The translations under genes were made by a program, and so were the position numbers. A stretch of 64,000 nt of DNA from Bacteroides sp. UBA1773 (GTDB taxonomy: Bacteria; Bacteroidota; Bacteroidia; Bacteroidales; Bacteroidaceae). Under the pieces are notes generated by a model, which did not search any database, was not told where the DNA came from, and was given only the letters and a program-made list of their open reading frames with translations. The stretch is taken from positions 2,447-66,446 of the forward strand of contig DCGR01000097.1 of the NCBI GenBank assembly GCA_002315285.1, given 5' to 3'. Positions 1-8,467 of the stretch are shown here, one piece after another (within the stretch, counting starts at the first letter, position 1; each line of letters begins with the position of its first letter).

Positions 1-932
1 CCGGGCTTTGAAATGTTGATGCTTACCTGACCGCAATTGAGTGTGCGCACAAGTTCAGTGAAACTTCCGCGCTGGTCAACGTTCATCTTCAAATCAAAGA
101 TAGCCTTTTCCTTTGGCAGATAGCTCAGGTAGGTCGAGTACAGGCGCTTGGCAAAGCTGTCGGCTGGAATCTCGGGTATCATGAGTGTCCGGGGCATGTC
201 ATGAAACTGGTGTAGCAGGTCAACTATCTGACCAAGCTTCACGTGATGGGTGATTGGGGCGGCACAGTAGCGTCCGTCAGTCTGCAATACGGTGTCAACA
301 CCATCGAACTCGCAACGGTGCTCCTGACCTTTCAAGGCGCAAATCATTTCCTCGACCAGGTCATCGATGTAGAGCAGCTCCATGTCCACGCTGGGGTCGT
401 TGACCTGTATGGGCAGATCGTTGGCTATGTTGTTGCAGAAGGTGGCGACTGCACTGTTGTAGTTGGGACGGCACCATTTGCCGTAAAGATTCGGGAAACG
501 GTAGATTAGGATCTTGGCACCGGTCTCACGGCCGTACTGGAACATCAGCTCTTCGCCGGCCTTCTTGCTCTTGCCGTACTCGGAAGTTCCGAAACGGCCT
601 GTCAGAGTGGCCTGGATGGAGCTGCTGATCATGACCGGGCAACTGTTGCCGTATTTCTTCAGGGTGTTCAGCAGAACGGAGGCAAAGCCGAAGTTGCCCT
701 CCATAAACTCCTTGGGAACCTGAGGGCGGTTGACTCCGGCCAGATTGAAGACAAAGTCACACTCACGACACCACTGATCCAGCTGATCGGGTGTTGAGTC
801 GATGTCATATTTGTAGATTTCGGTTACAATAAGGTCACCGTAACACTTCGCCCTGCCGTCTTTGATGTTATTCAGTTGCGCACAAAGGTTCTTTCCGACA
901 AATCCCTTTGCTCCGGTTACAAGTATTTTCAT
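1..932 (-). CDS. CapF/FnlB-like bifunctional NAD(P)-dependent sugar reductase/epimerase (L-FucNAc-type pathway); 3' end lies outside the window
   Basis: The frame is open from the window edge to the ATG at 930-932, so it is absent from the track. The translation starts MKILVTGAKGFVGKNL (GxxGxxG), then FNLAGVNRP. The visible tail RGSFTELVRTLNCGQVSINISKPG looks like the cupin half of CapF-type enzymes. Confidence 0.7.
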   Translation of the reverse strand, partial: MKILVTGAKGFVGKNLCAQLNNIKDGRAKCYGDLIVTEIYKYDIDSTPDQLDQWCRECDFVFNLAGVNRPQVPKEFMEGNFGFASVLLNTLKKYGNSCPVMISSSIQATLTGRFGTSEYGKSKKAGEELMFQYGRETGAKILIYRFPNLYGKWCRPNYNSAVATFCNNIANDLPIQVNDPSVDMELLYIDDLVEEMICALKGQEHRCEFDGVDTVLQTDGRYCAAPITHHVKLGQIVDLLHQFHDMPRTLMIPEIPADSFAKRLYSTYLSYLPKEKAIFDLKMNVDQRGSFTELVRTLNCGQVSINISKP

Positions 933-1083
933 AGATAACACTTATTATACCATTCGGTAAATCTTCGTAATCTAATATGTCGGCAACGACCTTTCTGGTG
1001 TTCTGCAAATCTTGTCTCCAAATGTGTAGTACCATCAACATCATAAGGGCCATCGTTGCATTGAAGGATGTGGAAATGAGCCA

Positions 1084-2235
1084 TTAGCACTTGTAGTATC
1101 TCTTGTACCACTCAGCAAATGATCTAAGTCCATCTCTGAGCGAAGTACTCGGGCGGAATCCGAAATCACGCTCAAGGGCAGTAGTATCTGCATAAGTGGT
1201 GGGAACGTCACCAGCTTGCATAGGGACCAGTTCCTTATGACTCTCAAAGTCATAGTCATCGGGCAAAACTCCAGCACGAATAAGTTCCTCTTGAAGAATC
1301 TGCACGAAGTCTAGCAAGTTCATGGGCTTGGAGTTTCCTATATTATATATTTTATAAGGAGACAATGGCAGTCCATCTTCGCCAATCTTCCGTTCGGGTG
1401 CTTTATGTATCACCCTTTGAATACCCTCCACGATGTCGTCAATGTAGGTGAAGTCGCGCTGACAGTTGCCGTAGTTGAATATCTTGATGGGCTCACCTTT
1501 TATGAGTTTGTTAGTGAAGCCGAAGTAGGCCATATCGGGACGGCCGGCAGGACCATAGACGGTGAAGAAGCGCAGGCCTGTGGAAGGGATGCTGTAGAGT
1601 TTGCTATACGCATACGCCAAAAGTTCGTTCGACTTCTTGGTAGCAGCATACAGGCTGACAGGATTATCGACTTGATCGGACTCTGCAAACGGCACCTTCT
1701 TGTTGCCGCCATAGACGCTGGAGGAACTAGCGTAAACCAGATGCTGAACGCCAAGATAGGAAGCCCCTCCTAAATCCTCCCTTGTAGGGAGGACTTTATT
1801 TTCCCCTCTACGGGAGAGGGATAGGGGAAGGCTTCTTCGGCAGGCTTCGAGTATGTTGTAGAAACCGACCAGATTGCTCTCGACATAGACCTCTGGATTC
1901 TCGACGGAATACCGCACTCCATCCTGAGCCGCCAAGTTGACGACGATGTCGAAGTGATACTGTTCGAACAACTTATAGATTAGCTCCTTGTCCGCCAGAT
2001 TTCCCTTCACGAAGGTGTATTTGCTCTCTGGATGCCCGACCGCACATTTTTCGATTTGCTGCAAGCGCCATTCCTTCAACGACACATCGTAATAGCCATT
2101 GACGGAGTCGAAACCGACTATCTTAACTGGAGATTCGCTATTGAGCAGACTCAGCACGAGGTTGCTGCCGATGAATCCCGCAGAACCAGTAACAAGGATG
2201 GTCTTACCTGTAATATTCACATTATTTTGAAACAT
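1084..2235 (-). CDS. NAD-dependent NDP-sugar epimerase (UDP-glucuronate 4-epimerase-like), carrying a ~29-aa in-frame insertion
   Basis: KTILVTGSAGFIGSNLV Rossmann motif, HLVYASSSSVYG and YAATK catalytic motif. The track start at 2274 is TTG. The ATG at 2233-2235 (MFQNNVNITGKT) places the GxxGxxG at the usual distance from the N-terminus. Confidence 0.8.
   Translation of the reverse strand: MFQNNVNITGKTILVTGSAGFIGSNLVLSLLNSESPVKIVGFDSVNGYYDVSLKEWRLQQIEKCAVGHPESKYTFVKGNLADKELIYKLFEQYHFDIVVNLAAQDGVRYSVENPEVYVESNLVGFYNILEACRRSLPLSLSRRGENKVLPTREDLGGASYLGVQHLVYASSSSVYGGNKKVPFAESDQVDNPVSLYAATKKSNELLAYAYSKLYSIPSTGLRFFTVYGPAGRPDMAYFGFTNKLIKGEPIKIFNYGNCQRDFTYIDDIVEGIQRVIHKAPERKIGEDGLPLSPYKIYNIGNSKPMNLLDFVQILQEELIRAGVLPDDYDFESHKELVPMQAGDVPTTYADTTALERDFGFRPSTSLRDGLRSFAEWYKRYYKC
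1750..1836. repeat. GC-rich palindromic mini-element inserted in frame in the epimerase gene
   Basis: Two perfect hairpins: CCTCCCT-tgt-AGGGAGG (1776-1792) and CCCTCT-acggg-AGAGGG (1804-1820). They are flanked by imperfect inverted ends GAAGCC(CCTCCTA) at 1760-1772 and (TAGGGGAA)GGCTTC at 1822-1835. The element encodes RSLPLSLSRRGENKVLPTREDLGGASYLG between the conserved ILEACR and VQHLVYASS blocks. Confidence 0.6.
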
Positions 2236-2426
2236 ACGAATTGACAATTGCCTGTAATCAGTGTCAGTAATCAATTGTCAGTTGCCAGAAGTCAGCGGTT
2301 TTAGCAAATTGCGTGCCAAATTAGCGTATTCTGAACTTGTGGAACAAGCGTAACGCTCTATGTGATGAATCGAAAATTGAAATGGGTTATGATTGGGGGC
2401 TGCTTGGGCATGAGAATCCCCCTTCT

Positions 2427-4379
2427 TTATTGTTTCATCGCGTCGTGCATGTATTGACACACCTCGCTGAGTTGTGGAATGCGGTTGCGCCTACGGTCGA
2501 GAATGATGCCGAGTTGCTGACATAAGGGTTTCAAGAGGGCTTCAGTACGTGAATCATCGGTGATAATACGCTGAGGAATACGACCGGAAGATTTCGCCTT
2601 ATTAACATACTGAAGAAGAACGTCTCGCTCATAGTCGTCAGAGATTTCGCACAAATCAGAATTGCTGGTCATCAATGTGTTTTTGTCGACCGAAAACAGG
2701 GTGAGTGCCAGAAAAGCCTTCTCAGGTTCTGCTTCGTTGCCGATATATCCAGGGAAATGTAGAAGGCGTATGAACTCTGTGCCAATTTTCTGAAGGAGAC
2801 GAAGAGGTGTGATTTCGTCTTCGGACAATGTGACTGTTGTGAAGTTGTCAGTCAGACCTGGTAGTTTGGTACGCTCTACTTTGTAGCCTTCTGCTGTCTT
2901 TACCACGAGAGGCACTTCCTTCCCACCCTTTTCTGTGGCATACACGCGAGTTGTCTTGAATCCGAATTTTGTCAAGTCATCTGTATCCATAATCTGTTGA
3001 CTGAACCATACGATAGCTTCAAGCGCCTCTTTAATACGAGCAAGTTGTGTGTCATCGCTCGGCAATCTGGTTGGAACACAATGGGGACGAAAGATTTGCG
3101 GGAAAGGATAACCATGAGAACCTTCTATCTTCTGATCATGTGCCTCCGCCCATAGCTCAATCTGACGATACCGCTCGGGACGCATCATCCCATCCTCAGG
3201 GTCATCGAATATGACAGACATGTAGTCGGCCCAATAATGTAATTCCATTAATTCGAAACTTGGACATTGGACTTGGACACTCTTCGCCATAAATATGTAG
3301 GTTTGGAAACTGTCTGCTCCATCATAGAGTTGGACATCGAAGGTCTCACCTCCGTACCCCATGGTGGCAATATAGATTTCTGAACCATCCTGCATACGAA
3401 TGGCAAAAACATCAGAGTCGTCAAGATCCTCCCATAACTCGCTTTCACGAATTTTGAAAGAGAGGGAAATGATATCGTCATAAAGGGGAGACCATTTTGC
3501 GAGCTCTTCTTTTGCCATTGAATCAAGGTCGTGGCTTATCAGACGAGCACCGTTGGATGCATCCATTATTTCCTCGGCTGATTCATCATCGGTAAAACTG
3601 TCGCAGATATCAATACATTCGTACTTGTCAAAATATTCCGGATCATAATCCTTGTTCCAACCTGCCCATTCGAGCCGTTCTTTCTCATCGGAAGTCAGAC
3701 GTTTGCGAGACCTACGTTTTTCGAGAATATCGAGAAGTGCCTGATAGCCCCACACACCACCACAGTCCTCAGGAGGACAGGCTCCCTTGCCGCTCTTGAA
3801 GATTATTTCGTGGAGTTCATCTTCTTTATATTCCTCAATAGAAGAGAGGCGGATTTCATGCTCCCATGAGTCACCGAAGTCATACTCCCACTTAATGGAC
3901 TTGCCTCTCACGTTGAGAAGATCGGAAAGTTTATATTCCTCTTGAAAGAAAGTGTTGCCCCAGCTATCGTCACGGCAATACTGATAGTAAGGTACATAGT
4001 ACGCATCATGGGTGCCTACTATCTGATTGAGATGTTCATTCCACCATCCCATCAACCGCAACACCAGTTCAGTAAGATGGCGAAGGGAGATGTTTGAGGG
4101 ACAATCGAACTTACGCCAAATGGTAGGAGTAGTGCCCTTGAGCGCAACACGTATGGTGTACTTCTTGACTTCGTCAGAAGGAAGGAAATGAGGATAGTTC
4201 ACCTCGTCGTACTCGGGTTTTGAACTTCGCTTGCTTTTCTGTTTAGGTGTTTGCTTCTTAGAGATAGGGACAGTGATTATCTCAGAAATGAATTCTGAGA
4301 GTGCCTTTTCGGTTTCTTCGCGTGACTTGCCAGTCGTCTGCATGAACCGCTGCAAGAGGTCTTCGGGTATCTGTGGCAT
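2427..4379 (-). CDS. pRiA4b ORF-3 / MM3350-like domain protein with a ~350-aa uncharacterised C-terminal extension
   Basis: 650-aa ORF with an ATG start. Residues ~70-250 (YTIRVALKGTTPTIWRKFDCPSNISLRHLTELVLRLMGWWNEHL...WEYDFGDSWEHEI...GKGACPPEDCGGVWGY) match the signature I recall for the plasmid pRiA4b ORF-3 / IS1096 TnpR-passenger family. A GGGGG/CCCCC hairpin (2395-2422) follows the stop. Confidence 0.6.
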   Translation of the reverse strand: MPQIPEDLLQRFMQTTGKSREETEKALSEFISEIITVPISKKQTPKQKSKRSSKPEYDEVNYPHFLPSDEVKKYTIRVALKGTTPTIWRKFDCPSNISLRHLTELVLRLMGWWNEHLNQIVGTHDAYYVPYYQYCRDDSWGNTFFQEEYKLSDLLNVRGKSIKWEYDFGDSWEHEIRLSSIEEYKEDELHEIIFKSGKGACPPEDCGGVWGYQALLDILEKRRSRKRLTSDEKERLEWAGWNKDYDPEYFDKYECIDICDSFTDDESAEEIMDASNGARLISHDLDSMAKEELAKWSPLYDDIISLSFKIRESELWEDLDDSDVFAIRMQDGSEIYIATMGYGGETFDVQLYDGADSFQTYIFMAKSVQVQCPSFELMELHYWADYMSVIFDDPEDGMMRPERYRQIELWAEAHDQKIEGSHGYPFPQIFRPHCVPTRLPSDDTQLARIKEALEAIVWFSQQIMDTDDLTKFGFKTTRVYATEKGGKEVPLVVKTAEGYKVERTKLPGLTDNFTTVTLSEDEITPLRLLQKIGTEFIRLLHFPGYIGNEAEPEKAFLALTLFSVDKNTLMTSNSDLCEISDDYERDVLLQYVNKAKSSGRIPQRIITDDSRTEALLKPLCQQLGIILDRRRNRIPQLSEVCQYMHDAMKQ

Positions 4380-4429
4380 AATATTACTTTGAAATGGTAG
4401 GCAGCTTAATCCAAATCGCCATAACCAGT

Positions 4430-6334
4430 TTATTTATCGTATTCTTGGTATTCGCTGTTATGGCTCTTAAACTCTGGAACAATCCGTTTCATCAGTTTCA
4501 CCAAATCTGCAATCTGGCACGACCTCGACAACAAAGTGAGTTCGTCCACCGCTTTACATGCATCGGAATAACCGTACTCACGGACTTTTGCGATTCTGAT
4601 CTTGTCGTGTAACGTAGATTCCGTATTTTCCTGTTCGGCAAGTACTTCTTCGTAAAGTTTCTCCCCTGGTCGAAGACGCGTATATTCTATCTCAATGTCC
4701 TCACCGGCCCTCAATCCTGCAAGTTCTATCATCTTTTGAGCCAAATCGGCAATTCGCACTGGTTCTCCCATATCGAACACAAAAATCTTATTGTTAAGAC
4801 CCATTATGGCTGCCTCCATCACAAGACGGCACGCCTCAGGAATCGTCATGAAGAAACGTGTGATATCGGGATGGGTGACGGTAACAGGTCCACCATTTTC
4901 AATCTGCTCACGGAAGCGTAGAATTACGGAGCCGTTCGACCCAAGGACATTGCCAAAACGTGTGGTCACAAATCCCGTTTTGCCCACCACCTCACCTTTC
5001 GCTATTGCAAGACCTAGACTCTGCACATAGATTTCGGCAAGCCGTTTGCTACAACCCATAATGTTTGTAGGATTGACAGCCTTGTCGGTGGAAATCATCA
5101 CCATCATCTCCACTCCATATTCAACACTCTTGTCGGCTACTATCCTTGACCCATACACATTGGAAAGAACTGCTTCGCAAGGATTCTCCTCCATCAATGG
5201 TACATGCTTATAGGCCGCCGCATGAAACACCACTTGTGGATGCCAAGTACGAAATACATAATCAAGACTCTCAAGATGCCGAACATCGCCCATCACTGGA
5301 ACAAAATCCAGTTCTGGAAATCTCGCCTCAAGTTCAAGGCGCAAATTGTGCATCGGAGTTTCCGCATTATCGAACAGTACAAGCCGCTTCACCTCGAAGT
5401 TCGCCAACTGACGGCACAACTCGGAACCGATACTGCCTGCCGCACCTGTAACCATTACGACCTTTTCACAAAATCCTTTCTTGATTTTATTCTTAGAAAT
5501 CGTAATTTCAGGGCGTCCGAGCAGGTCTTCTATCTCTACTCCACGAACGATGCCTTTCTTATTATCACCACCGACCATCTCATCAATAGTTGGTGAAATG
5601 AGGATTTTGACATCATTGTCCACACAATACTTCACATATCCGTCCCTTTCTGCCTTGACATGGGCATCCGAAATGAAAAGAATGGCATAAAGGGAATATC
5701 TCTCGACCATTGACTTAAATTCCTCCTCTGTTTGACATGTTACTACAGGACAACCAACTAACTTGAGATTCCTGTGACCGGATTCGCGTGAGACAAAGCC
5801 TAACACATGGTAACGTTTTGAACTGCCAAGACGAGTTACGACCGCTATCGCCTCATCAGAAGTGCCAAATACAAGAATACGTTGCTTACGTACAACATCT
5901 TTCATCTTCATTTTAAAAAGGGTGTAAAAGTCAACCATCAGAAAACGAACCCCCAGCGTCAGGAACACTGTCAACAGGAAATCGACAATGACCGCAACGA
6001 CTATCGCAACATTGAGTGTGCACGTCAGCGCAATGAGTACTGTCAAAAGGACCTTCGTAACAAGTATCACCAAAATGTTTTGGCGGAAATCCCTAAAGGT
6101 GGCATATCGCACTACCACGTTATAACTCTTACAAACGATCATCATGACCATTGAGAAAACAACAGAACCACCCAACCACCATAAGGCAAATGAACCCGAA
6201 TAATAGTCAGTACGTGCCAAGAAGTTAAGCAACAACACCACCACGAACGATGACATCAATGAAATCATGAAATCCAAAACAAAAATTATTTTGGGATCCA
6301 CATGATCAGAAGCATATTTTGATATTATTCCCAT
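4430..6334 (-). CDS. CapD/WbpM/PglF-type membrane-anchored NDP-sugar (UDP-GlcNAc) 4,6-dehydratase
   Basis: The N-terminus has about 4 hydrophobic helices. Then VMVTGAAGSIGSEL, AAYKHVP and ISTDKAVNPTNIMGCSKR. The track start at 6373 is TTG; the first ATG is at 6332-6334. Confidence 0.85.
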   Translation of the reverse strand: MGIISKYASDHVDPKIIFVLDFMISLMSSFVVVLLLNFLARTDYYSGSFALWWLGGSVVFSMVMMIVCKSYNVVVRYATFRDFRQNILVILVTKVLLTVLIALTCTLNVAIVVAVIVDFLLTVFLTLGVRFLMVDFYTLFKMKMKDVVRKQRILVFGTSDEAIAVVTRLGSSKRYHVLGFVSRESGHRNLKLVGCPVVTCQTEEEFKSMVERYSLYAILFISDAHVKAERDGYVKYCVDNDVKILISPTIDEMVGGDNKKGIVRGVEIEDLLGRPEITISKNKIKKGFCEKVVMVTGAAGSIGSELCRQLANFEVKRLVLFDNAETPMHNLRLELEARFPELDFVPVMGDVRHLESLDYVFRTWHPQVVFHAAAYKHVPLMEENPCEAVLSNVYGSRIVADKSVEYGVEMMVMISTDKAVNPTNIMGCSKRLAEIYVQSLGLAIAKGEVVGKTGFVTTRFGNVLGSNGSVILRFREQIENGGPVTVTHPDITRFFMTIPEACRLVMEAAIMGLNNKIFVFDMGEPVRIADLAQKMIELAGLRAGEDIEIEYTRLRPGEKLYEEVLAEQENTESTLHDKIRIAKVREYGYSDACKAVDELTLLSRSCQIADLVKLMKRIVPEFKSHNSEYQEYDK

Positions 6335-6439
6335 ATTTCCAAGAAGGATTCTACCCCCCCTAAAAATTTGCAAATTATTGATTTTATGTAACTTACAAAC
6401 AACACCAAACTTATTTCATGAACATTATTGATTGTGCAT

Positions 6440-7246
6440 TTACCGACTGACGCTCCGGCTTGTGCATGAGGCCTTGCAAACCTGTTTGTGCTTTCGATCG
6501 ATTCCCCAAAGATTGCCTTGTGAATCAAGGGCTATGCCTTGTCCATTAAAAGGAATGTCGATGGTGTCTGTAAGCTGGAGTCGCATTCCATAGGGTGGAA
6601 AATCCAAGACAAAGAGTTTCTGGGCATCGTGCCCCGTACAATAGAATTTGCCATCGACAAACAATCCTCCTGACAGACTATTGGGATGGAGCTCGTCCAA
6701 AAGCTCCTTTGGAAGTATCCATCCTTGAAGACGGTGCCAATCATCGTCAAACTGCACTATCTGCGTCCAAGATGCGTCCTTTAGCATCTCTCCTCCTACA
6801 TTGTATCCGCTTCTGTCATAATGTGCAAAACAGACATACCAACAACCGACACCTCGTACCACCCAAGTGCATGAACCCGCATTGATGCCAAGACTGATGG
6901 TACGGACATGCTCCAGTGTCCGAGGATTGAACACTTCGATGGAACTTGCCATGGGCACATCCGGATAATTGGAATGGGAACAGTAGAGTAAACCGTCAAC
7001 AACAATGCCTCCATCAAAATGTTTGATGAGCCGCGCGTCGGATTCACTCCATGTAGTAACCGAGTCGCCCTTGAGCGTATATTTGGAGATGCTCTGATTG
7101 CCGATGGCATAGAAGCTTTCGGAATCGACCGCCACTCCCTGAATGGCATTGGAAGATGAGAATGTCTCAACGATATGATAATTCTGCGACATGACTTCTC
7201 CAGTTACAAGAGCGAAGGTACAGAAGAGTATAAACCTGATTTTCAT
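6440..7246 (-). CDS. Secreted hypothetical protein, beta-propeller-like
   Basis: The ATG at 7244-7246 gives the signal peptide MKIRFILFCTFALVTGEVMSQ. Repeated hydrophobic-strand/Gly-Asp patterns occur (IALDSQGNLWGIDR, GGIVVDGLLYC). No catalytic motif recognised. Confidence 0.5.
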   Translation of the reverse strand: MKIRFILFCTFALVTGEVMSQNYHIVETFSSSNAIQGVAVDSESFYAIGNQSISKYTLKGDSVTTWSESDARLIKHFDGGIVVDGLLYCSHSNYPDVPMASSIEVFNPRTLEHVRTISLGINAGSCTWVVRGVGCWYVCFAHYDRSGYNVGGEMLKDASWTQIVQFDDDWHRLQGWILPKELLDELHPNSLSGGLFVDGKFYCTGHDAQKLFVLDFPPYGMRLQLTDTIDIPFNGQGIALDSQGNLWGIDRKHKQVCKASCTSRSVSR

Positions 7247-7292
7247 AAGACATGCGTTATAATAAGGGAACAGATCCATAGACAAAACTAAC

Positions 7293-8459
7293 CTATTTCC
7301 CAAACGAATCTATCCTAAAATCCACAACATAAGGACGTTTATTGGCATCCTTTCCACGCTTCAAGAATACGATGAGTTCAACAACCGAACCAACCGAAGG
7401 TACAACCTGTTTTGACTGCAACAATTGTTCAGACAAATAGCCCATGGTATATGATGGCTCTGTGGTTCCCAGCTCTACCAGAGGCAGGCCATCGGTAAGT
7501 TCCCATGCACAATATTGCGGACTTGTATTGACTCGCGTGATTCGTACCTTACGATAGCCAAATAGCTGTGCCCCTTCTTCGACCGAATACACCTTATTTA
7601 TTAAGGCACTTTTGAAACGGCCATTTTGAGGAATGATAGGGATGAAACTAACATACTGACCTACAGCAGGACGAATGTTCGACTTTACAGCCACAAAATG
7701 GCATGAAGAATTGTCGAAAATGTGCACATGATCGTGATTAAAATCGATGTGTTCGACATAGCCTATCAATAATGGAAACAATTCGGGAATAGGACGAGGT
7801 TCCAATATGGCAGCCTCTGCCCGCCAAGTCTCATCTCGCAATCCAGCCTTGACATTTCGCAAAAGCACACGAAACAAGCGGTTCGGAATGTCAGCATAGC
7901 GCAAGCGACAAAAAGCAGTAAGTGTGTGTACCTCGGTAGTAATGTCCGTTCCATCAGCTGCGACCAAACGAGCAAACGTGATGGCACGTCCGCGTACTTC
8001 GGAAGTGAATACAGAGGTGACAATCATCGGGACGAAAGGTTCCGACAAAGAAAATCCCTTTTTGCGAATGAGCGGAGCAAGAACCATTTCCAATTCCTCA
8101 TCCAGCCGTTCGTCGGGGTGAAACAGCAAGGAATAAACGTATGCTTTGGACAACCGTTCCACCAATGAAGGATACGACTTTCCCGATGCATCAATATGGA
8201 CCTCACTATCTTCTTTCCGCAAATTCTCCAACCCCCATGCCTCGAGAAAAGGCACAAAGTGAAAATCCGGATACATTGTAGCCATTCTCACCGCCACCGA
8301 CAAGATAGCAGAATGTAACCGGGAGGGCCTTGGGATGTTAGATTCCATATAAGAAGCCAAGATTCGGCGTAACTCCACCGACGGCTGTTTCCCAATGCCT
8401 TCGTTAAGCGTTCGTAACGTGTCCCACCCATGAGACTGTTGTGATGAATCCATAAGCAT
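7293..8459 (-). CDS. Hypothetical cytoplasmic protein (388 aa), family not recognised
   Basis: Long ORF with an ATG start, lying 8 nt downstream of the preceding gene. No signal peptide or TM segment. A helical N-terminal third is followed by three strand-rich segments that look like small beta-barrels. Confidence 0.6.
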   Translation of the reverse strand: MLMDSSQQSHGWDTLRTLNEGIGKQPSVELRRILASYMESNIPRPSRLHSAILSVAVRMATMYPDFHFVPFLEAWGLENLRKEDSEVHIDASGKSYPSLVERLSKAYVYSLLFHPDERLDEELEMVLAPLIRKKGFSLSEPFVPMIVTSVFTSEVRGRAITFARLVAADGTDITTEVHTLTAFCRLRYADIPNRLFRVLLRNVKAGLRDETWRAEAAILEPRPIPELFPLLIGYVEHIDFNHDHVHIFDNSSCHFVAVKSNIRPAVGQYVSFIPIIPQNGRFKSALINKVYSVEEGAQLFGYRKVRITRVNTSPQYCAWELTDGLPLVELGTTEPSYTMGYLSEQLLQSKQVVPSVGSVVELIVFLKRGKDANKRPYVVDFRIDSFGK

Positions 8460-8467
8460 TAACGAAA

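Noticed and set aside
2236-2274. N-terminal extensions given by the ORF track: 2274, 6373, 7303, 11748, 19291, 22127, 24010, 37413, 37898, 39742, 40281, 61076.
   Set aside because: At the extensions I checked, the track start is a TTG or GTG codon shown as M. The extensions would also bury a signal peptide, overrun a -7 promoter box or overlap the upstream gene. An internal ATG gives canonical N-termini in every case.
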